A stretch of DNA of 64,000 bases from Candidatus Heimdallarchaeota archaeon (GTDB lineage: Archaea > Asgardarchaeota > Heimdallarchaeia > Heimdallarchaeales > Heimdallarchaeaceae), in assembly GCA_019057815.1 (NCBI GenBank), contig JAHLWR010000005.1:96001-160000 (forward strand). The letters run 5' to 3'. The translations under genes were made by a program, and so were the position numbers. Below the pieces are notes generated by a model. It searched no databases, was not told where the DNA came from, and worked only from the letters and a program-made list of their open reading frames with translations. Below are positions 48,994-59,190 of this stretch, piece by piece; positions within the stretch are counted from its first letter, which is position 1, and the number at the start of each line of letters is the position of its first letter.

Positions 48994-49646
48994 TAGAACC
49001 TTATAATTGTTGAACTTTTGAATTATTAAATTTATCTACGTTTAATTTCATTTAAAAAGATGAATGTTTAAATATCAAAAGATAGACCAAGAAATTCTTC
49101 TACAGTTCCATCAGAATAATACTTATCTTATTTTTTTGATTGCAATGATTAGACTTCATTAGGGCTTGAGTCTTAAAATTCTTAAATTTCTATTATCAAG
49201 GTTTGAATTCAAAATTAATATCTTTCGATGAGTTAATTCAACTCTCTTCTGAATAGTTCAGAGTGTGTCTACTTAAGATATGAAAAACACTAGATGTTAA
49301 ACGCTGTAAATTTCCTTCTAACCAAATCGTTATTTAGTTCAATAAACAGCCTAACTACGTGAGAGTCGAGTTTTGAAGTATTAGCATATTTAAAGATTTG
49401 ACCGTCACTTCTTAGATTCCTCGGTCTTTGCTTTATTTCCCCTTTTCTCTGTTAAAACACTCTTTCTCCCTCAGAGAAGCTCTAGTCTACTCAAACAAGT
49501 TTTGGAACATGCTTTAATGAATTGAAAGTAAAATGATTAGAGATCAAGAATCAGTCTTACAATAGTATTATTTTAAACCTTCTTTGTAATACTGCTGACC
49601 TACCAATATCCAAATATTCCGACAAAACCTGTTTAGATTAGAGAAG

Positions 49647-49991
49647 ATGAGCAAAACAAGAATGAGCGAGAAAGTAGTGTGTTTTTTAAGCAAGTATGGT
49701 AGAGTTAAACAATTACTGGATGAGAAAGACAGAATCCCTCCTTTCATTTTGGAGGATGATCTTCAAAAATTTGTAGTCTTCGTCTTTGATTGGAAAAAAA
49801 GCGCAGGAACAAACACTATTATCAGGACAGAACAGAGAGCAGAGAGAATGAAATGTGATGGTGTAATTATCATCGCAAATAGATTCAGTCTAAATGCTCT
49901 AGAACAAGTTAATTATCTAAACAAAAGAAGGAATAAAAAGACAATCTTATTTAAAAGAGAAGAAATAGAATCAATATTAGATGCGTGTTAA
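49647..49991 (+). CDS. Small Mrr-like restriction-endonuclease-fold protein with a degenerate active site
   Basis: VVFVFDWKKSAG...DGVIIIANRFS..A pattern; lacks D...ExK. Confidence 0.55.
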   Translation: MSKTRMSEKVVCFLSKYGRVKQLLDEKDRIPPFILEDDLQKFVVFVFDWKKSAGTNTIIRTEQRAERMKCDGVIIIANRFSLNALEQVNYLNKRRNKKTILFKREEIESILDAC

Positions 49992-50115
49992 GAAAAACTC
50001 TATGGCACATTTTACAGACTTGATATTGCGTTAAAACATTGAGGTTTAATAGCTGTTCTGAGAATCATTATAAGTAGCTGTTATCATGAGGTGTTTTTGT
50101 AATATTGTACAATAA

Positions 50116-51057
50116 TCAAGTTGATGGAAAAAGTCGATCAGTATCTTCCAAAAAGATACTCACATTTTTAACAAAAACTTCGATTTGACTTACTGTATTT
50201 GAACTTATATCAACTTCATACAAAACTAATTTTTCCCTTAATTTCCCAAGATTATTTCTTACCCAATTTGATAACTCCAAATAAATTCCTAAAAGTGCTC
50301 CTTCTTGCAACAGCATAAGTATATCCTCAATAGCTTCTAGAGTAGTAATAATAGTTTTGTTTATGCTACTTACTTCTTTGGAATTATTGGAAGTAAGTGA
50401 TTTTAAAATTTCATAAGCCTTTGTGATTATTTCTTCTTTAAAAATCAACTTAAGTAGAGAAAAATACAACTCTCCAATTTGGAAGTCATTCGTTTCCATA
50501 GTTTTAGGTTCACTAGAAATTCCTAGTCTTTTACAACTTGCTTCAGTCTCTTTTTTTATCCAATCAATGAACACAGGCGAATGAACCATCTTTTCTTTAA
50601 GAAGCGCATCTGCGGGAGTAAAATCCCTTAAAGAATTTTGTGGTTTGAAGAATTTTCCTTTAACTTCAGAATAGATGGTATATTCAGGATAATGAGAATA
50701 TACATAGCTTACTAGTTGACTTGAACTGAAATGACCGAGACGAAAATGTAACTCTTGGATCACTTGTTCGTCGAGTTTGGATATACTTTTTTCAAGTAAG
50801 TATTGCTCCCCATATTTGGTAATCTGATAATAGTGATTATTGTTTCTTGCTTCTTCATGAATATATCCATGTTTAACTAATTCTTTAATGTCTTCTTGAA
50901 TCGCTTGACAATATGGACCAAATCTGTATGGTTTGAATTCATAATTTGTTTTAAAACTATAATTTTTTATTAGTAGAAAAACTATTTTCTGAAAATGTAC
51001 TCGACCACTAATTATATGCCAGTATTTTAATAGTAAAAGGAGTAGCGATTTTTTCAT
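50116..51057 (-). CDS. YwgA/Panacea-like N-terminal domain fused to domain X
   Basis: GRVHFQKIVFLL...FKPYRFGPYC...YVYSHYPEY; C-terminal half homologous to 41415-41870. Confidence 0.75.
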   Translation of the reverse strand: MKKSLLLLLLKYWHIISGRVHFQKIVFLLIKNYSFKTNYEFKPYRFGPYCQAIQEDIKELVKHGYIHEEARNNNHYYQITKYGEQYLLEKSISKLDEQVIQELHFRLGHFSSSQLVSYVYSHYPEYTIYSEVKGKFFKPQNSLRDFTPADALLKEKMVHSPVFIDWIKKETEASCKRLGISSEPKTMETNDFQIGELYFSLLKLIFKEEIITKAYEILKSLTSNNSKEVSSINKTIITTLEAIEDILMLLQEGALLGIYLELSNWVRNNLGKLREKLVLYEVDISSNTVSQIEVFVKNVSIFLEDTDRLFPST

Positions 51058-51584
51058 TTCAATAACTAATAATTAATTTTATTTTTAAAGTAGGTAAAAT
51101 AAAATTAGTGTGGTGAAAGAAACATCAATCAAATAAATTTAGGCAAGGAGGAGTAGAAAGGGGAGGAGAGAAGGAAGGAGAGAAAAGTATAGTAGTTAAA
51201 CTTATTCTTCTCCTTCCTAGGAATTAAGTAAATTATTCCAATAGTGTAACATTATTTAATTATATAAAGACAACAAAAATAGAATTTTAATACGAAAATC
51301 AAACATTTTACAAGTTTAATTGATATTGTTAATAATAAAAACAGTAAAGAATTTGTAGAAATTAAAAACACATTAATATTAGAACCACATAATACTCATA
51401 TACATGAGATGTTTGTAGGCTAAATATGGAGATCATGATAAATCTTTGTGAGGATTCAGATGAATATCAAGAAATCCCTCAATTAGAGAATTTTTATCTT
51501 AAATGGCATACAATTTAGTTAGTTCACAGTACTACAATAAACTTCAAATTAATAAAAACATTAGATAAAGACAGGTATTTAAAA

Positions 51585-52445
51585 TTGGAACGTACTATTA
51601 AAGTCACTAAAAACGTTATTGTAAAAAAAAGAGAAAAAATATATTCTAATGTTACACAAAGTTTAGCTTTTCGAACAAAGGAAATCGCTTTTATTATTCG
51701 TTCATATAAAAAGGAAGAAAATGATAGTTATTCACTTATCACAGTAAAAAATTTTTGTGAAAGGAAGAAAATTAAATGGTTTGAACCAAAAAATGAGTTT
51801 ATAGGAGAAACAAAAATTGAGCAAATTGTTGGTTCTGCATTATTATGCGATTTTGGTATAGCTATATTGCCAAAAACTCCAAATGAAAATGTAGGTCTGG
51901 AAATAGGATTACTTATGAGTCTAGCCAAACCAATCTTTATTCTTAAAGGGAGGAACGTCAGTAGAAAGATACCTTTTGATTATGATAGTTTTATTTATAT
52001 TAAGCATAATAGTACACAACAATTACTTAAAGATTTATTAGCTAAACATGAAACACATGAGCTTAGACATGTACAATATGAAGAACTTATCAATAAAATC
52101 CTTAAAAAAGTATTAAAACCTCTTTTTTCCTCAAAAACAGACCAACTAGCGATTGCATTAGGAAAAAGCGGGATTCAAGCACAAAATAATCAAAAAAACA
52201 TTAAGTTATTTATAGAATCTTGGAAGAAAAATCCACAAAAAACTTTGGAAAGTTTAGAACGAGGAATGATACTTGACCTTGCCACTAGAGTGTGTAAAAT
52301 CGAAAATGTTGCAAAATCTGGAACAAATAAATTATGTAAAGGAATAAACAACTATCTTATTGAGGAAATATCAAAAGAGAAAAGTCTTTTTCTTGCTTAT
52401 CAAGGAAAACATGCTATTGCAGATATGTTAATTAACAAAAAATAA
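51585..52445 (+). CDS. TIR-like / nucleoside-deoxyribosyltransferase-fold protein
   Basis: AFIIRSY, CDFGIAIL...NENVGLEIGLLMSLAKPIFIL, IPFD. Confidence 0.65.
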   Translation: MERTIKVTKNVIVKKREKIYSNVTQSLAFRTKEIAFIIRSYKKEENDSYSLITVKNFCERKKIKWFEPKNEFIGETKIEQIVGSALLCDFGIAILPKTPNENVGLEIGLLMSLAKPIFILKGRNVSRKIPFDYDSFIYIKHNSTQQLLKDLLAKHETHELRHVQYEELINKILKKVLKPLFSSKTDQLAIALGKSGIQAQNNQKNIKLFIESWKKNPQKTLESLERGMILDLATRVCKIENVAKSGTNKLCKGINNYLIEEISKEKSLFLAYQGKHAIADMLINKK

Positions 52446-52539
52446 AATTAAAATCCCAAAATTATGTATAATTTCTTAATATCTAAAAGTTTTACCATAA
52501 AAAATAAGAGATATCTTTACAAGATTGTATAAGCGTAAT

Positions 52540-52702
52540 TATTGTGAAAAAAGTCGATTAATATATTCTCAAATATTAACTACACCTTAAATATATTCTT
52601 CAATCTGAATACCTATTTGTGAGTTTATGTCAGATTCATACTGTGCAAATTTTCTTTTAGTATATCAAGATTAATTTTCACATCATCTGACAACATCAAG
52701 TT
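52540..52702 (-). pseudogene. Decayed 3' end of a domain-X gene
   Basis: LMLSDDVKINLDILKE / QYESDINSQIGIQIEEYI*...NRLFSQ aligns with LELSNWVRNNLGKLRE...YEVDISSNTVSQIEVF...DRLF. Confidence 0.6.
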
Positions 52703-52900
52703 TTATTAATATAATAATCTATTTTCAAAAAATATTCTAATCTATGAACGACAGAAAAAGAGTGTAAATAACGTCTTGTGGGTTCTAATAGTTGTAGTAA
52801 CAAATTTCAATATTTTAATGTTACTTGGAGATATTACATGTACATTCTATTAATTTTCGAAAAATTAGTACAATAATTAGACCAGTATTAATAATCTGAT

Positions 52901-54658
52901 TTATTCATCCAAGATATCTTCAAGCAAATTCTTTATTTCAGGATCAATTTCATCTTTTCTCATTTTACTTGCCCATCTTGGAATGTCCCTACTTTTTTTG
53001 AAGGTTTTGTTAAAGGATTTTTCAAAATTTTTTATGTTTGAAATCATGGTTTTATTTGGGTTATATAGTTTAGACAACTCTTCGGATTCTATCTCCCAAT
53101 CTTCTGCAATCACGCGCAATGCTCCTTTAAAATATTCTTCTAGATTTTTCTTTTTAAGAATATAGAGATACTTTTTAATTTCTTCCTCACCTATTGTTCT
53201 CACTAAATCATTATCTTTGCCTTTCATTCTGTCGGTAATTTCTTGCCTTTTATCATCTGGACTAAAATCATCTCTATCAGTTATAATTATATACTTGAAA
53301 CATAGTTTCATTTGAAGCATAAAAGAAAGAGTTAAAACTGCAGATATTTCCCCTGAACCACCAAATTTTATTATTCCAACATATTTTTCCTTACCAAAGA
53401 GCTCTTTTATCCATTCACTAAAAGCACCATAATCTGACTTTCCTTCTACGAAAATTAAATAATCATAGAATAAGAAGTCACTATTTCTTAGATCAAATTG
53501 GTTCTTAAATTCAATATAGTCGTTCATATTTCTTATGGCAGATACATTCATTTTATTTTGATCTTTTGTTATTTTAAAAATTTTTACTCCCTCTTCAATT
53601 TCACCTAAGAGAATTGGGTTATGTGTTGATAAGATTACTTGACCTTCAATATCCTCAATAAAAAGTCTTCGAAGTTCTCTCAAAGCTCTCGGATGTAAAT
53701 ATAACTCAGGTTCTTCAATAATTATCACTTTTTCAGGATTGGTGATACAAATGGCAGCAATGATTACTGCTTCCTTTAAACCATCTCCGAGTTCATGCAT
53801 AGATATTGGTTTTTTTCCCACATTACGAAATATCAGATTTATCCCCCCTCCTGTCTCTGCAGTAATATCTGGTCTTCCTACTGAAAAACTCCATTCGTTG
53901 ACAATATCCTGAAACTTATGGTATAATTTTTTCTTTTCATCATCCTCTGATAAAGCTACATTAAGTAATAATCTTCTTAAATTAGTTCCGTCATTTATAT
54001 AATAATGGCTATCTATAATTGCCTTTAACCCTACATTAATGTTTTCACTTATATGTTCAGACTCTTTTATTTGTCTTTTTGATTGAATGAATACTATATT
54101 TTGCATTATGAATCTTATTACCCAATCTTCTAGTTTAGTTATTTCTCCTTCAAAATCAGATCCAGAACCAAGCATATCTGATCTTCTGTCTATTTCCTTT
54201 CGTAAGAACGTATTGAAAGGAATAGGATCGGGCGATTCTTCTTGCCAAACTCCCAAAAATTTAGCATTAGATATTTCATGTATATCTTCCCTATAATAAT
54301 CAGGAGTTACTTTAATATTGTAAATAACTAAATTGTGCCAAAAATCACGTTTAGCATTGGCTACTTTCAAAAAAGCTCTTGTAAAATCGTCCATATGTGG
54401 AAACAAGTTTTGGATTATTATTTTCACATCATTTTCTTCTAAACTAATACTCAAAATTATTCTAGCTTGAGACCAATTATCTCTATTTATTTCATTTAAA
54501 GATATATATTGATTTGTGATGTTAACAATTATGGCGTCTTGTATAGCAGATTTTCCAACATTGTTTTCTCCAATAAAGCAGTTATATTTATCAAATTCGA
54601 AGTAATAATCTCCATTCCAGCACTGATAATTTGATAATGTTAAACTTCTTATTTTCAT
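52901..54658 (-). CDS. OLD-family ABC-ATPase-TOPRIM nuclease
   Basis: GENNVGKS, LGDG, IEEPELYLHP, STHN, FVEGKSD, DRD. Confidence 0.88.
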   Translation of the reverse strand: MKIRSLTLSNYQCWNGDYYFEFDKYNCFIGENNVGKSAIQDAIIVNITNQYISLNEINRDNWSQARIILSISLEENDVKIIIQNLFPHMDDFTRAFLKVANAKRDFWHNLVIYNIKVTPDYYREDIHEISNAKFLGVWQEESPDPIPFNTFLRKEIDRRSDMLGSGSDFEGEITKLEDWVIRFIMQNIVFIQSKRQIKESEHISENINVGLKAIIDSHYYINDGTNLRRLLLNVALSEDDEKKKLYHKFQDIVNEWSFSVGRPDITAETGGGINLIFRNVGKKPISMHELGDGLKEAVIIAAICITNPEKVIIIEEPELYLHPRALRELRRLFIEDIEGQVILSTHNPILLGEIEEGVKIFKITKDQNKMNVSAIRNMNDYIEFKNQFDLRNSDFLFYDYLIFVEGKSDYGAFSEWIKELFGKEKYVGIIKFGGSGEISAVLTLSFMLQMKLCFKYIIITDRDDFSPDDKRQEITDRMKGKDNDLVRTIGEEEIKKYLYILKKKNLEEYFKGALRVIAEDWEIESEELSKLYNPNKTMISNIKNFEKSFNKTFKKSRDIPRWASKMRKDEIDPEIKNLLEDILDE

Positions 54659-54800
54659 AATAAACCAATATTAGTTGTTATGATTAGTATATAACTTTAA
54701 TTAATAAAATAGAATTATTTTTTAAGTGTAAAAAGTGATAGAAAAAAGGGACTAATAACATTTTGTGGTCTTTAAATAAGTTGTAATAATAAAAGAATCG

Positions 54801-55856
54801 ATGTTAATCAAAAGAAACACTGATCGCTTTGTTAACATAACAAAAGGTATAATAATTGGATTCTTGATAATTAGTCTCTTAATTGAACCTTGTAATGCAG
54901 GATATCCTCGCGGAGAGTTTCATTATTCCAATTTTCTTGAAATTGATCAGACATTAGAATGGGAAGTCCATCTCGAAAAAATTAATGGTTCGTATACTGA
55001 TTATCATCATTATATTGTAGAGGGCGTAGAATTACAGAATGAGGATAATATAACATTAAAAATTCTACAAGATCCTGATGATCCTTCAAGTAATTATGAA
55101 TGGTATGATATATATTTAAATGGAATTAGTATTGGAAACTCTTTAAGTATCTTAAAATTGTATCGTTGGGGATCAGGAGACTTCTTTATTTCTCCTGTCA
55201 CATTCACTAATGAAGCAGGAAATTTTGATTTTTTTAAAGAATACTACAATTATGTGAAAAACGATCACCAATATTGCAATCAAGATATTCAATCCACAAA
55301 TGATAGCGAAGAATGGATGTTCATTAATGTAACTGAAGCTTTAGAATTTACTTTAGATGAAAATTTTTTCACTTCAAAAAACTATTATTGTGAGAAAATA
55401 GACGGGAAATCTTATGATGAAAAACTAATATACACCCTAGAAGTTGTTCAAGAATCATTAGTTGATATTGAAAGAGGTGTTTTAAAATCATTCAGATTTA
55501 ATGTTGATTACTTTTATAATTATACACACGTTGAAGGATTAATAACATTCGAAGAAGGTTTATATCACTTGCTGATTGTAAATACTGATGAAAGTGTAGG
55601 TTATGTGGAGTTTGAGTCCCAATCGGAAGAAAACAGTGAATCTAATAATAACACATCATTCGATAAAAATCTCAATTTATTTGTTTTAGGCTTACTAGTT
55701 TTTAGTGTTACTTTTGCAATAATTGTAGGTATCTATAAATCGAAAAAGAGGAAATTATTAAAAAAAGGTGAAGAGTTACACGAAATCAAAAGAGATAAAC
55801 ATAATAATGATGATGGTTTTAGACACGAAGTAAAGCGAATACTAAATGCTAAATAG
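54801..55856 (+). CDS. Secreted protein with a C-terminal TM anchor
   Basis: Signal peptide, acidic beta-rich domain, TM plus basic tail. Confidence 0.7.
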   Translation: MLIKRNTDRFVNITKGIIIGFLIISLLIEPCNAGYPRGEFHYSNFLEIDQTLEWEVHLEKINGSYTDYHHYIVEGVELQNEDNITLKILQDPDDPSSNYEWYDIYLNGISIGNSLSILKLYRWGSGDFFISPVTFTNEAGNFDFFKEYYNYVKNDHQYCNQDIQSTNDSEEWMFINVTEALEFTLDENFFTSKNYYCEKIDGKSYDEKLIYTLEVVQESLVDIERGVLKSFRFNVDYFYNYTHVEGLITFEEGLYHLLIVNTDESVGYVEFESQSEENSESNNNTSFDKNLNLFVLGLLVFSVTFAIIVGIYKSKKRKLLKKGEELHEIKRDKHNNDDGFRHEVKRILNAK

Positions 55857-55857
55857 A

Positions 55858-55895
55858 ATGAACTACCCCCACCAAAAGGAATGGGATTTCTGCTA
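55858..55895. repeat. IS200/IS605-end-like imperfect hairpin
   Basis: TGAACTACCCCCACCAAAAGGAATGGGATTTCTG resembles the AACTACCCC-hairpin-GGGxTTC ends of IS605-type elements. Confidence 0.45.
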
Positions 55896-56022
55896 TGATA
55901 GCTTAATAAAGGTTTTTTCTTTTTACAAGGGAGTAATAAGAGTAAATAGAAGTTTTTAATTATCTTTTAAACATAGATGAAAAAGTGTGGAGTATTTAAT
56001 GTATTTTGAAGCTTAATAAGTA

Positions 56023-57270
56023 ATGCGTAAAGAACTATTTGCACTTCTAGTAGTACTCACTGTAGTATGCAATTGTAGTAGTTTAGTATTAGGTGGTTCT
56101 GTGGAGGAAATAGAAATTATAAGTGTTAAAGTACTTGAAAGCTTTAACCATGCCGATTTTTTCATTTCTGGAATCGCATTACCAATAGGTTTTCAAGTTT
56201 GGTGTAATGGTAATGAAGTAACAGAAAAATGCGAAATCGATAGTTCGCGTGTTTTATTTAGTAATGAACGCATTCTAATCGTTCCCTTGCCAAAGTTAGT
56301 TGGTACTTACAATATAACTATATTATTTTACGATCGAAGATCGTCAGTAATTTTCACAGAATTTGTAGATGTGTTAAGCATAGAAACTGAAATAGACTGG
56401 ATGCTAACGGGGATTGTTTTTGGTTCATTGATTTTTTTTATCGTTATTGGATCTCTATTTGTGCCAAAAAGCTGGATGGATCATGCTGAATCAAAACACA
56501 GTGAAATGAAGAATAAAATCTTCATTGCGTTATTCATTTCAATAGCTTTATTCGCCTATACTGCTCTGAATCCTTATTTTAATTATCCCCAAATAATTAA
56601 CTTCTTTTGGTGTGAAGTATATCGTGATGTAGATTACTTTTCGCGTGCAGCTTTGTATCTAGCCATAGTCGGTTTTTCATATCATTCATTACGTTATGCA
56701 TTGGGTAAAGAAAAGAAAAGGAATTCCAAACCTAAAACTCAATCACTGACGAAATTTCAATATTTCTTCCGATCTGTGATAGGAGGAAAGGATTCTATCA
56801 ATGATGAAATCATCAAGGAAAGACGACCTTCATTTGCAGCTTTGGCAAAAATAAGCTTGATTGTTATGTTGTTCTTCACTACCAGAATACTTATGTTAAT
56901 GCTTTTTAGCACACTCTACAAGTATTTTCCTAAGAATTTTATGTTAGTTACTAGGGACAATATACCAAACCATTCAGTTTTTTCATGGATTAATCTTATT
57001 TGTCAAATCCTTTCCATTGTTTTCCTTATTTGTTGTTTTATAAGTATAGCAAAGTTTTCCTTTGCTACTCTACATAATCTAAATCAACTCTCCACCGAAA
57101 CATCAGATACCCTCAACAAAGAGGAGTATAAAACAAAAACTTTTGAAGAAGAGGAACATAAAATAGATATAAAAAAGAAAACTTCTCCCTTTTCTCTTCG
57201 TTGGTTTATTCTATCAATGATTTTTTACGTTTTGTACTTCGGTTTTGCTAAACTTACTGAATTAACATAG
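56023..57270 (+). CDS. Multi-pass membrane protein
   Basis: Signal peptide plus about 6 TMs. Confidence 0.7.
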   Translation: MRKELFALLVVLTVVCNCSSLVLGGSVEEIEIISVKVLESFNHADFFISGIALPIGFQVWCNGNEVTEKCEIDSSRVLFSNERILIVPLPKLVGTYNITILFYDRRSSVIFTEFVDVLSIETEIDWMLTGIVFGSLIFFIVIGSLFVPKSWMDHAESKHSEMKNKIFIALFISIALFAYTALNPYFNYPQIINFFWCEVYRDVDYFSRAALYLAIVGFSYHSLRYALGKEKKRNSKPKTQSLTKFQYFFRSVIGGKDSINDEIIKERRPSFAALAKISLIVMLFFTTRILMLMLFSTLYKYFPKNFMLVTRDNIPNHSVFSWINLICQILSIVFLICCFISIAKFSFATLHNLNQLSTETSDTLNKEEYKTKTFEEEEHKIDIKKKTSPFSLRWFILSMIFYVLYFGFAKLTELT

Positions 57271-57639
57271 ATATTAGTCTCTAGCTTAATAACATAAAAT
57301 AACCTACTCCTACACCTAAAGGGCATAATTTTTCAATTATGATGAAATTTAGGTATATGAACACTCTAAAAGTTATTCCGGATGCAAAAATGGATTACTA
57401 ACAATTTCAACCAATAATGCAAAAAAAGTGAGAATATCGAATATTCTATACAATATTTACCCTTTTAGATTTCCTTAAATATAAAGTCCTTCATAAAAAG
57501 CATAGGTAAAATTTGTATGTGCACCTAATAAATTGCATACGCAAAGATGGCCCGACTCTATAGGTGGTTTTGAATTGCTTATTTCTCTTTTAATTGCTTT
57601 TTATATCCATAATAAGCAATTTTAATCGCTTTTCTATTT

Positions 57640-58410
57640 TCAACCCATCAATTTTGATGATAAATTCTCAATAAAATGTATAATCCAAGCCTCATTACAT
57701 TTTGGAACAACTGGTGAACCCCATTCTGGTAAATAGTGGTGGCTTGCAATAATATGGATTATTTTATCTAATTTTTCAGACACAATATTCTGAGAAACAA
57801 CCTTGATACCATTTACAATATGATTCTGTTCAATATAGATTTGTGTCCTTAAAATCGCTTCATTTTCGATTTGGTAGCAATTAATTTTACCTATATCATG
57901 AAGAATAATACCTGCTATTATTAAATCCTTATCTACCAAAATATCTTCATCTAGATTCTCAACAACCAATAAAGTAAGTTTCAATACTTGAACTGTGTGT
58001 TCTAATAACCCTCCGCGATATCCATGATGAAAGTTTAATGAAGCAGGCGCTTCAAAAAATAATTCGTTCCCAGCAAAATAATCTTTCATTGAAGTTTTCA
58101 AAGAATCTTCTTCTACTAAATCTAATAACTGGTTGAATTCTTTTTTCAATTCATTAATATCCTTAGATGGTTCAGTTTTAAACTTGATTGTTTCTAGTAT
58201 ATTAACACCTTCGTAATCAATATGCCATAGATAAGTCTTGTTAAATGTCAATTTGAAAGTGTTTCTAAAATACTCCTTCAATTTTGGATGTTTATTGAGC
58301 AAATATGCCGGATTTTCAATAAGTCGAATAATTTCTCCTTCTTTTTTAAATTCAAATCCAATAGGATTATATTTTCTATTTAATCTTGCTATGTTTTCAT
58401 CTAAATACAT
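57640..58410 (-). CDS. YhaM-like HD-domain protein (no OB fold)
   Basis: APASLNFHHGYRGGLLEHT, LHDIGK, HIIASHH...WGSPV; SD GGAGGT. Confidence 0.85.
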   Translation of the reverse strand: MYLDENIARLNRKYNPIGFEFKKEGEIIRLIENPAYLLNKHPKLKEYFRNTFKLTFNKTYLWHIDYEGVNILETIKFKTEPSKDINELKKEFNQLLDLVEEDSLKTSMKDYFAGNELFFEAPASLNFHHGYRGGLLEHTVQVLKLTLLVVENLDEDILVDKDLIIAGIILHDIGKINCYQIENEAILRTQIYIEQNHIVNGIKVVSQNIVSEKLDKIIHIIASHHYLPEWGSPVVPKCNEAWIIHFIENLSSKLMG

Positions 58411-59190
58411 GATAATACCTCCTGATCTATTTCGTTAAATAACTTTAATTCAATTATTCTATTTAATTCTTTAGCTATTTCGATTTTCAATTCCTTTCTT
58501 TCCACTTACAAAGAATTCTTAGAATTACTTCACGAAACTAGAATTGAGACAGAAGAAATCAGAAAATAAAAAAGTAGTTTAAAAGCTTTGAAGAACTATT
58601 ACCAGGCAAAATACCAGGTCACAGTCTACAAAAATTTCAGATACTGTCAATGAAGAGATACATGAAATTTCTACTTTACAAGAGAAAAAAAATAAAACAG
58701 ATATTTTTAATGGAGAAATACATAAAAAAAAAATAAAAAAGATTTCTTCTCTCTTTTCTATTCGTAGGTTTCTTTTATCAGTAATTTTCTTTACCTTGTA
58801 TTTTGGTTGTATTAAATTAACTGAATTGTTTTGAGCTTCTGTCTCTAGCTTATCAATATTGAATAGGTTAATCAATAAAAATTGTTTTTAGACATACATT
58901 AAGAGAATTTTATTACTACATTTCATATTTTTCTCCTTGCTTATAAATGAGTTCTAACATAAGCGGGTAAATACAAAAGATTGAAGAGAATTAAGAATGT
59001 GAATTTTCTTCTTTCTTGCGGTTTTGGTAAAGATAGGTGAAAGTCACTGAAAACGAAGATTGAGCAATTAAGAGAAGATTCAAGGAAAAGAAGTGAAGTA
59101 TTTTCTTTCTTTATATCTATTCTTAAAAAACATATATCACAAAAAGAAGCGAAAAAGAGAAAAACTTCATTTCAGATTAAAATCTTCATA

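Larger units (their letters stand above)
44677..49547. mobile_element. Non-autonomous cassette: 30-bp DR / ~110-bp IR / four cargo genes / IR / DR
   Basis: IRs at ~44707-44817 and ~49405-49517 (about 83% identical by hand count); DRs at 44677-44706 and 49518-49547 (27/30). Confidence 0.7.

Noticed and set aside
18611-50126. The two 33-bp sites as attL/attR of one 31-kb element
   Set aside because: The interval contains core genes (RPA, nadE, tRNA-Thr) and no integrase, and the central spacers differ
58579-58875. 98-aa ORF
   Set aside because: Low-complexity AT-rich sequence with no motif; probably spurious
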